In this document: positions 25,312 through 36,117 of the stretch, in pieces
Layout: each line of letters starts with the position of its first letter
Numbering within the stretch: position 1 is the stretch's first letter
Origin: Mytilus trossulus
Taxonomy: Eukaryota
DNA: 64,000 nucleotides
Assembly: GCF_036588685.1 (NCBI RefSeq)
Contig: NC_086374.1
Span: forward strand, 2,046,001-2,110,000
Reading direction: 5' to 3'
The notes under the pieces: generated by a model
Told to the model about the DNA's origin: nothing
The model's input: the letters and a program-made list of their open reading frames with translations, nothing else
Database searches by the model: none
Position numbers and translations under genes: made by a program

Positions 25312-26256
25312 AGTCTTATTTGGATCTCTTGTTAGTGTACCTCAACATTTCACAAAATTCAGTAAATACAGGATTTAAATATGCAAATTGGTAAGTACGT
25401 AATAGCTTATCTTAGTATGAGCAATGTATGTCTATACACACAGTTTATACTGTCATGGATAAAATTAGAATTCACAACACAGGTAAATTCAATCACGTCT
25501 GTAAGCAGAGGACATTATTTAGAACGAAGTTGATCATTTTGAAAGAATGCAATTATTTACAAAATAGAATCGTTCTTTTAATTGCCCTTATAAGGATACT
25601 CTATTTATAAGAGCAGATACATTGTCACATTTTAGTGTAGAATGAACAGATAATACACGTATGTATTTATAATTCATTACTATATGTTTATACACACACA
25701 TAGTTGTAGTGTTTTGTTTATACTGAGAAACTCGGAAAATATTCTGTACAACAGGATTGATTCATTTAATATGTAGAATCTAGATGGATTATTTTGCATA
25801 TTTTTGGATACTCAGTAAATCTCACTGACATTCAAAGATAGAAGCCATAGGAGTGGTAAACCTTAGGATAACAACTCGTATAGACATTACACCAGCCCAT
25901 TGAACTGTTGAAGCAAATTAAGTGAGTATTAAAAAAGTGATAAATGTAACACTTTTCTAATTTGTAGTATGTGAGTTTACACAAAAATGACAGAATTTTG
26001 TTTACACTTTGGCAAATAGATAAATAAATGAATATCATAAAAAAGGCAGCAAATACCAAAAGGATATTCCTACTCATATATATATACTATATGATATACT
26101 ATAAAAATAAAATTCTATCCAAAATTAGCATCGAAGAAAAACTAATTGGCACCGACATGACACAAATGACGAAATGACAAGGACGACAGTTTACAAGACA
26201 CAACACGGACATCTTGATTTTAAGACTGAACAACACGAACCCAACCACATACCGGG

Positions 26257-26497
26257 TATCGGAAGTGTACCCATGTGCTTCGGAAAGGCAAGAAGAGTAG
26301 GATGAAGCACCGACTTGCTCATATGATAAAATCGATGTATCGGAAGTGCACACAGGTGCTTCGGAAAGGCAAGAAGAGTAGGATGAAGCACCGACTTGCT
26401 CATATGATAAAATCGATGTATCGGAAGTGCACCCAGGTGCTTCGGAAAGGCAAGAAGAGTAGGATGAAGCACCGACTTGCTCATATGATAAAATCGA
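26257..26497 (+). repeat. 81-bp tandem repeat, 3 copies
   Basis: tatcggaagtg... recurs at 26257, 26338 and 26419; explains the overlapping repetitive ORFs. Confidence 0.92.
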
Positions 26498-26749
26498 TAA
26501 GTCGGCCACAATACATTCAAGGAAAAGAGTTAACGATAATATTTGGATCATTTCTGTTTCTCATATCATTTTTGAAATGCCACCAATTTTTCAAAAATAA
26601 TTATTGTCATAACTGGTCACCACATCTGAACAATGAACTGTTGACATCACTCAATGGTAAATAAATTCATAGTTTATGTTTCTTTTTTTATTTACACACT
26701 TTTTTGTTGAAGCATGTAGTCGTGTTGCTATCGTTGGTTGTTGAGGTCT

Positions 26750-27200
26750 TTGTGTAATGGTATAACAAGTTAAATCTGACCGTTTGTTTCTGTTATGAGT
26801 TGATTCACGTTTTGCTAGTCTAGAGCCTTGTATTATATGTCTGTTCGTGTAATGGTATTACACTAAATCTGACCGTTTGTTTCTGTTATGAGTTGATTGA
26901 CATTTTGCTAGTCTAGAGCCTTGTATAAGAGGTCGTCATGTAATGGTATTACACTAAATCTGACCGTTTGTTTCTGTTATGAGTTGATTCACGTTTTGCT
27001 AGTCTAGAGCCTTGTATAAGAGGTCTTCGTGTAACGGTATTACACTAAATCTGACCGTTTGTTTCTGTTATGAGTTGATTCACATTTTGCTAGTCTAGAA
27101 CCTTGTATAAGAGGTCTTCGTGTAATATGGTATTACACTAAATCTGACCGTTTGTTTCTGTTATGAGTTGATTCACGTTTTGCTATTCTAAAGCCTTATA
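26750..27200 (+). repeat. 91-93 bp tandem repeat, 5 copies
   Basis: taaatctgaccgtttgtttctgttatgagttgatt at 26771, 26864, 26955, 27046 and 27139. Confidence 0.92.
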
Positions 27201-27807
27201 CAACTTATCATATAAGGGAATGTGTTTTGCTTGTCATTGAAAGCCGTATGATGACTAATAGTAAAGGCCTGAACATATCTTATTAATTTTGGATTATTGA
27301 ATAAAGGATCTTAATTGAATGATACATTGTTGTTTGCATTACGTCCAGTGGATCATATTTCATGCATTAGGACGAGAACGCATTTAAAATACAGTGGATT
27401 CATGAGTATTCGTTGGATATATATTTTCGTTGATTTTCTGGTATCATTTGAACAACATATTTTTATGTACACCATGACTTGCTTCTATAAATTGTCATTG
27501 AGGGTCGGTGGAGAGAAAAAAAAGAAGGGAAAAATGATATGATATAAAAAAGAAGATGTGGTATGATTGCCAATGAGACAACTATCCACAAAAGACCAAA
27601 ATGACACAACGAAGTACAAATTTCTTTTGTTTTGTATGCATACGCTAGTAACAGCACGAAACCAATATCAACCAAAATGTAACTTTTCCGTAACCAATAA
27701 AATTGGAACACACGCAAATAAAATGAACTCACAGTTATCTTGAAATTATCATGATACAACAACTGTATAATATAAAATTGGCATTATTTTTACAGTGAGA
27801 GGGAATA

Positions 27808-29491
27808 ATGGCGCAACAGATGTCACGTGATGATTGTGATTGTACAGAAGTATTAATGGCGGGTGTACCATATAACTTTGACGACAGGGCAGGTTTGATA
27901 ATTTTATACTATATTGTCTATGTTATAACTCCTTGAATGAGACTGTCAAACAAGTGAGAGGTTTAGCGCCATAAAACAAGGTTCAATCCACCATTTTCTA
28001 CAGTTGAAAATGCCTGTACCAAGTCCGGAACACGACAGTTGTCCATTCGTTTTGATGTGTTTTGGCATTTGATTTTGCTATGTGATTAGGAACATTCCGA
28101 TTGAATTTACCTCGAAGTTCAGTATTTTTGGGATTTTACTTTTTGCCACTGAAACAAAAAAATAGTTACAAGTAATATTAATGTAAATTACCAAGATGGA
28201 TAACTGAAAATAATACATTACCAAATGTTACACGCGGTCAACTGTAACCAATATAGAATTACACTAGTTTATTGTTTGTCCGGATTTCACAAAAACTAAA
28301 TTAGTCTTATATATCTGATGCGTCAAAGCTGTCAGTAATGTGCTACCTAATTTTTTATCAACGATCGTACAGTATTCAACTAAAAAAAACACTTTTAACA
28401 ATTATAGATTGAATGTGCACCTCGCATTATATAGGCATTTAGATACAGCAACGGAACATACAATTAAAAGACATAAAGAGGTGTCCATACCATATACCTT
28501 GTTCTAAGTTGTGAATAAGTTAAAGATAACTATATAGTTACCGACGTCTATTATAGAGCGCTAAACATAGCGACTTCTACTATCTTAATTGAGTTATAGA
28601 TTGCTATTTATAGTTGCCGACTTCTACTATCTGAGTCCAGGGTACTTTTAGTAAATATCTATATTAACTCGCTACACTATATAAACTGTTATTGACACTT
28701 TAGGTCGATGGAGCCCATGGAATTTATCAAACTTTATAGACGGAGCAGAATTCCTTGGCAGAAAGACAGGACATTTTATGGATTATAAAACCATAAAAAC
28801 GGAGAATACGATGTACGCAAGAATATTACAGACTATGACCATTAATCCTATGGTGTACACGTATAACTTTCTGAAAAAGGCACAACTCAAAATCACCACG
28901 AATCTTGAGAAAGTTGGTAATACTTCAGTGATCATAAGATCTAAACTGTCCGATGTATTATCTGAAACTATTTTGGCGGATAGATATATTAAAGTTGTAC
29001 AGATCAGTGCAAAAACACGCAAACCAGTCAAATACCCGGAGTGGTTCGAACAGAAATATTCCTATCTTAAAGAAACACCTGTGCCACAGTACCTTATGTT
29101 TAAATCTGAGATACCAGAAGCTCCTGCTGGTTGTTTCATTTATAAAACTATTGTCCGTTACAGTGACCTGGACTATAATGCCCACACAAATCAAAGTGTA
29201 TATGTCAAAATGTGCCTGGATTGTGCGACCGCTGCCAGTTGTAAAGGTCTACTCGTATCGTTTAATAGAGATATTAGTTTATATCCTCTTGTATATTTCG
29301 ACGTGCGTTATTTAGGAGAAACGTTTACTGGTGACGAACTTAAGGTTTGCCTTTGGCAGGAAGACTCGGACCCGTCTATCTTAAAATTCATCATATGTAG
29401 GAACGAAAGAAAAAAAGTTAATTATACCACCTTTAGGTTTAATCTCCAAACGACAGTCTCGGAATTTACACGGAATGTTTCTAAACTATGA
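27808..29491 (+). CDS. Double-hotdog acyl-ACP/acyl-CoA thioesterase-like protein, copy 2 (290 aa; exons 27808-27892, 28704-29491), C-terminal SKL
   Basis: 85-nt first coding exon MAQQMSRDD...FDDRAG homologous to copy 1; VRYSDLDYNAHTNQSVY and RYLGET motifs. Confidence 0.87.
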
Positions 29492-31421
29492 CCCCTACAG
29501 TATCAGAATTCACAAGTTTTCAACTCGGAATATTATACGTAATATCTGAATCTACACGTTGAAAACTCTAAATCCAACAGTATATCACTATTCAGAGAAA
29601 GTTTCAGAAGTTCTACAGTATCATAATTCAACAGATGTAAACTCTGATTTCTAGAGTTTTAGAATTCATGCATAATATTTCTGAACTCTGAATTCTATAC
29701 AACTCGAAATTTTACAATGGATATTAATTGTTAAGCAGACTGTAAACGGATCATCATGCATAATACTTGCTCTTTTTGAGTGAAACATTTTGTAATCTCT
29801 CTCTGTAACAAATGGCAACATTCATGTTTTTTTTGTGTATTTTTTTTTATCCCCTTTTGTAGATATTGCATTTAGGAAAAGTCTGTTTACATTGTTAGGT
29901 TCATGTTTATAATCACAGAAAGAAACAGTTCATAGTGTCATTATAAAAGAAACAGTTCAAAGTGGCATTATATAAAAACAGTTCTGTGAAATTCAGTCTG
30001 TGAATCTGATTGTCAGTTGTGGATGTTCGCATCTGTCATTGAAATGATAATTATTAAAAATACAATTTAAAAAAAAATATGATTTTATTGACCTGATTGG
30101 TTGTTGGTTCTTAAATGTTAAATGGTATATATTTCCTAGATAATCAGGACGAGAATAAATTACAATTGATACCAAAATAAACTGGTTTTGATAGGTAGAC
30201 CGGAATGTATGGATAGAAAATGTAGACGGCCACTTGAAAATGACTGTTTGCTGGATGAGGACAGAAGTTTTACCTTTCAATTTTAAACATACGCCCCCCC
30301 CCCCCCCGTCCCCCCCGATAAATATTGTAAGGATATTTTAGCATGCAGAAAGCGTAAAATTCATCCTACATGGCTCATCGTAATAAATATCGACATGCCG
30401 ACCTGACCGATTATTAAATTTGAAATAAATTTTATGAAATGTTTGGATATAAATGTAGATTTGTAGGGTTCACGCTATTTAGACCAGTGTCGGGTATCAT
30501 AATCGGTATTCATTGATCAGGCGAAATGTACATTTTAGTACGCATGACATCTTTTTTTAAATGAACTTCAACAGGTTAGCTCAAACCCTAAAGTTCGAAT
30601 GTCAAAACATCTTAAATGAAAGAGTATAAAAACCAAAGCTGACAAATAAAAACTTTTAAAGTCACGTCAGGGCCAAAGTTAAAGTCTAAAGAAATATTTT
30701 TTCTGAAATAATTGTTTATAATTAATTCTGCATTACAGCAATTTAAACGACTACAAGTATTTGAAAACTTGTTTAAACCTTTTCTAAAATTAATTAATAT
30801 TCTTTAAAATGATATGTTTATAACAGTTTAAGTACACCGATTACACATTTGGTTAATCTGTCATTAGAATGTTATTCATATGTTATTCTTGTATTGAGAT
30901 TAAGAGGTGAATATATATACTCAATAATTAGGTAAACCTTTATAACATTGGCAAGAGAAGGTAGGATTTTATATTTTACAACCACACAAGTAGAAAAAAC
31001 GTGAATCTTTGAATCTTTTTAAAAAAGTTACGTATTGGGATAGCTTGAAGATTGATTTATAAAATTCAGATGATACCCTATATATGTATACATCTTTAAT
31101 ATAACCTCTGTTGCAATGTTTTCTATTCGTGATACGCAATCAACAATGAATTACTCTGATTTATTAGTAAGTCAAAGTTTCACTACTTTCGATTTTATGA
31201 AACCGTAAGTTTTGATACACCATATAAAAAAGAAGATGTGGTATAATTGCCAATGAGACATCTCTCTACAAGAAAACAAAATGACACAGAAATTAACAAC
31301 TGTAGGTCAACATACGGCCTGCAACAATGAGCCAAGCACATAACGCATAGTTATAAAAGCCCCCAGAATGAAAATGTAAAATAATTCAAACGAGAAACTA
31401 ACGGCCTTATTTATACAAAAA

Positions 31422-31888
31422 AACCTAAGGGTTCTGCGGAACCCAGTGTCTCGCCTAGTTTTGCTGTTAATCACACACTCACCAAAAATGATGAAAAATA
31501 CCATCTTTTAATTGCCAGAAGCTTCTGTCCAAGTTTGGTAAAAATCCAGGATAGTTAAAAAATCTTAAAAATGTTTTAAAATTTTGAACTGCAGACTGTA
31601 TGTAATGTTAACTGGAAGAAAAACTAAGTCTATTTATAAGTAAAATACGGGGAAAATGGGAATTTTATTTTTACAAAATTAACTTCTGGATACTATCTTC
31701 TGATCATAAACAAGCTTCTGGCCAAGTTTCGTACAATTCCGGGATAGGTTAAGAAAGATATTAAAATTTAAAAAACTTTAACTACAGAGTGAATATTTGT
31801 TGATGCCGACGACGACGACACCGACGCCGACGGAATGTAGGATCGCTAGGTCTCGCTTATTCGACTAAAGTCGAAGGCATGACAAAAA
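31422..31888 (-). mobile_element. Helentron-type non-autonomous element inserted in another interspersed repeat
   Basis: Terminal hairpins ttcgactaaagtcgaa and gggttctgcggaaccc, (gac)n microsatellite; interrupts the host repeat at an A/T run. Confidence 0.65.
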
Positions 31889-32996
31889 TGAACGAAAAAC
31901 AAATATGTGACACTTAAACAATCGACAACCACTGAATTACAGGCTCCTAACATGTACTACGTATGCCAATACTAAGAAGATGATATTATTGCAAATGAGA
32001 CTACTTAAATAACAAAAACAAAGATATCTCCAATAACTGGTGACCATACGACCTAACAAAAATGAGTCAAACCTTCATGATACAGTAAAAATTAACAGAA
32101 ATACCGAACACCAAAAGATAAATTCTAACGGAAATTCTCTTATCAAATGACAAAACCAAAAGTTCAAACACATCTAACGAATGGAAAACAACTGTCATGT
32201 TCTAAATTTGGTACCTGCATTTACTGATAAAGAAAGAGGCGGATTTAACCTGATTTTATAGCTACTTCAACCTCTCGCTTGTATGGCAGTCGCATATAAT
32301 TCCATCATATTGAAAACAATTTGTTAGCACAACAAACATGAATTGAACGATCTTGTAGTAAAGGCAAGAATAATATACCGCTGTTCAATAGTCAGGAATA
32401 TAATATACCGCTGTTCAATAGTCAGGAATCGACTAAGTAAAGACAAGAGTAATATACCTCTGTTCAAAAGTCAGGAATCGCCTAAGTGAAAACAAATCCC
32501 GGTCACAAACCTAAACCGGAGGAAACACATCAATTATACGGAGTAAAGAACGGAACAACAGAAACACTGTCAAACTGTCAGAAATTGTGATAGAGCAGTC
32601 AACATTGTCTTATAATCTTTATTAATTTTAACACAAACAACTATGTCAGCATAGAAAAACAAAATGGAATATAGACACTCTATAGACAGAGCACATGAGC
32701 AAACATGAAATAAAAGTATACAAAGAATGAATATAGCACACTAACAAAGGCGGAGTGTTTAAAAATACCAAGCCACAGCATAATGATATTACACATATGT
32801 TTCTGATGCGATGGTAGGGAACATTACAAAATATGTTTGATTTCAGTAGTTTATGTCTTCGTTTGTGCTTGTTTCTTCACTCATGAATGTACACATAGTA
32901 TGTTTATGCTGATGGCTGGTGTAGTTTTCTTTTCCTCGGGTAACATTTACCTCCATTTTTAAAACTTCATATATATTTTCATAGATAATCTTCATA

Positions 32997-35191
32997 ATGG
33001 GATGTGCATCATCAGCTGACACTGGGACAGAATTTATACAGTTCGAAAAGAAGAAACCATTAAATAATGACAATGCGGTGGTTATTACTCCCCGGCCGTC
33101 GTCCTTTCAACAAAAAGACCAAGACAACACATCATTAAAAACAAAATCAGAGAATTCGGACCTTTCTCTATCGCCATCTACCGATCAGAGAGAACGAGAA
33201 GATACTATACTGAAGACAGAAACTCCGAATTCTAACCCGTCGCCTATTGACAAGAAAGACCGAGAAGACACAATGCCGAAGTCAGAGAAATCAGATATGT
33301 CTGAACATAATAGACCACCATCCCAATATGTAGATGACAGTACAAATATAAAGCAAGATTATGACCGACCTCAATCATTTCACCAAAGTGATCACGGTAA
33401 AAAATCTCCAGACAAGGAAATATCACAGTCAAGAGAATCTAGTGGACGTACAAAAGATGTGATGATTGTAAATACTACGAATAATGAAGAGAAGGAGGTA
33501 GTATAAATTGCTTATTTTCGAATAGTAATTAACGTGTATAAAGTATATACATACAAGTGAGAGGTTAAGCATTCAATCCACCGTCTTTTACATTTGAAAA
33601 TGCCTGTTACAAGTCAGGAATATGACAATAGTTGTCCTTTCGTTTAATGTGTTTTGGGTCCTCAGCGCTCTTCAACTTTGTACTTGTTTGGCTTTACAAC
33701 TATTTTGATCTGAGCTTCACTGGTGAGTAATGTAGACGAAACACGCGTCTGGCGTATTAAATCATGATCCTGGTACCTTTGCTAACTTTGATTTTGCCAT
33801 TTCATTAGGGACTTTCCGTTTTAAAATTTCCATGGAGTTAGTATTTTTGTGATTTTACTAATTATCAACCTACCGTAAATAGTTATCAAAGGTACCAGGA
33901 TTATAAATTAGTACGCCAGATGCGCGTTTCTTCTACATAAGACTCATCAGTGACGCTCACATCAAAATATTTATAAAGCCAAACAAGTACAAAGTTGGAA
34001 GGGCATTGAGGATACAAAATTCCCAAAAGTAGTGCCAAATACGGCTAAGATAATCTTTGCCTTGGATAAGAAAATCCTTAGTTTTGTAAACAGGAAATTT
34101 ATAAAAATGACCACATTATTGATATTCATGTCAATTCCGAAGTGCTGACTACTGGGCTGGTGATAAAAACTTTAATAAAGCAACCACTTAGAAATCCTCT
34201 GAAACTATTATGATGAATGCTGTTTTATAAATGAGAGAGATAAAAAATGCTCCTTGTAAAATTGATTACAAAAATAAAAATAACACTATATGAATGCGGT
34301 AATAATTTCTTTACTCAAATCTAAAACTTTGAAAAGCCAAGAATGTTAAAGAACATTAACTCGCCAACGGTAAAAAAAATATGAATAGTAAAATCTTACT
34401 TGGTTCAAGTTTGCCTACTGTTAACTTTATAATGATGAATAATAAGGCACGGATATGTGTAACCATGCCTAGCTTACCTTGTTATATCAACTCTTATCTT
34501 TATTTTTCTACAGCGAAAACCTTCATCTTCTTCATCATCTTCCTCATCGTCATCTGAAGATGAAGGTGAATCAGACGATGATAAGAGAGACTCGGATACA
34601 AGACTACTGGAAACTAGGGATTCTGAAACCAGATTTATGGAAACCAACGAACAAAATTCTGTTAAAAACTCGGAAACCAACGACCTTGATGATAACCGAG
34701 GCTCGGAAATGAACGGTTATACTCCAATAGGATCGGAAACCAATGATCATAAGTCACCAGATTCCGAAACGAATGAACGAAAAATGAATGATGACGGTAT
34801 TTCAAAAACAGGAGATGCAGAAAAAGACGAAGCAGACGTCAACCTAAATAATTTTGTGGGAACGGAAGAACTGACAAAACCTGTTGAAATCAACGAAACT
34901 ACAGAAATTATCCAACCAGAAGAAAAATATTCAAATGAAGAAGGTGCAGCAAATGACAATTTAACAAAAACCGAGGAAGTCGAAAGCACACATGCTGTAG
35001 AAGGAGAAAGTGTTGATGATACTGAAACAAAAGCGGAACCAAATGATACAAGACCCACGGAGAAACGCGACAATGAATCGTCTGAAAATGGTCTTATTAG
35101 TTCGAAAGAAGTTGACTCAACTGAAAATAACTCTGAAAAGTCACCACAAGGAATTGACCATACGGAAGAGGAGGACATGCCTTTCACTTAA
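32997..35191 (+). CDS. Uncharacterised acidic, low-complexity protein (392 aa; exons 32997-33497, 34514-35191) with predicted N-myristoyl/S-palmitoyl MGC motif
   Basis: Two long open hydrophilic frames joined in phase 0 by GAG|gtagta ... ttctacag|CGA; Ser run followed by a D/E/T/N-rich tail; splice acceptor just upstream of the ATG. Confidence 0.78.
33655..34165. mobile_element. Two retrozyme-family fragments in inverted orientation within the orphan-gene intron
   Basis: Degenerate hammerheads at 33712-33756 (+) and 33912-33959 (-), with shared flanking family sequence. Confidence 0.7.
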
Positions 35192-36117
35192 ACACGCAAA
35201 TGTATCACATATAAAACCTATAACTGTTTTATACTCTTAAAATATAGAATGATAATCGAAGGAATAATGATACAATTTGTTTCACTGTATAAAATCATCG
35301 GAATTAAAGTACAGTATGCCCACATTTAGTGAATTTGTGGTTTTAATGATAACTTGTTATAAGTATAAAAATATATATCACCTGGCTTCACTTGATGAAC
35401 TATTTGTCGAAGAAAAACACAGAAAATACATATGCAAATAAACAGCTATGTAAAAAAACAAAATATTCCTCTTTCTTTTAAATATGTAACAAACAATTAT
35501 GATACAGCGACATTATGGTAGATATGGAGTCAAAATTAAGAACAACAAAAACAAATTATATTTTGGAAAACACGTAGTTTATATGATGATGTTTAAAAAA
35601 ATATACAACGAAAGATTTGAGTCTCGAAGCTTTTCTGCAAGCTTTTAGTTGTGCAACATTGTGTATAGACTTTTAACGTAAAGTAGGTAACGATAGCTCT
35701 TATGAAAATAATAAAACGTGGTTTATCGTATTCAATATCTTGAATTATCAAATTAGAAAAATGTGCTGTCTATTTCTTTATATATCCAAGTTATCTGCTC
35801 CTATATAACAAAGATTTCAAATTTGGATTCGAAGATAAAAAAAAAATATGTGCCAATTGTAATTTTGAAACAGATTTTATGTCATAGAAATATCAAATAT
35901 GAATTACATTTATTTCCTTTTCAAAATATTTAAAGATTTCTTAGTGTTTTTTTAAAAGGTATTATATTTGTAACCGGTTTATTGATAACAGTTTGATGAT
36001 TATACTGTTTGTATCTTTTTTATTCTTTTTCCACATTCATTCAACACTATCTTTATATTTCAGTATTTATTCCAAGACTTGTTTATCTATTTAACAAATA
36101 TATTCTTTCATCTCCTG

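Noticed and set aside
26099-26664. Three overlapping ORFs with 27-aa repeats
   Set aside because: Explained by an 81-bp tandem repeat; no unique coding signal.
26750-27200. Regular repeats that could be mistaken for a CRISPR array (also 715-1850, 2263-2845)
   Set aside because: Units are contiguous with no unique spacers, there are no cas genes, and the context is eukaryotic.
34474-35187. Antisense Ser-rich ORFs (34474-34680, 34747-35187)
   Set aside because: Shadow frames of the acidic plus-strand exon.
32997-35191. Calling the orphan protein calpastatin
   Set aside because: It is acidic and disordered but lacks the calpastatin TIPPxYR inhibitory motif and repeated domain structure.
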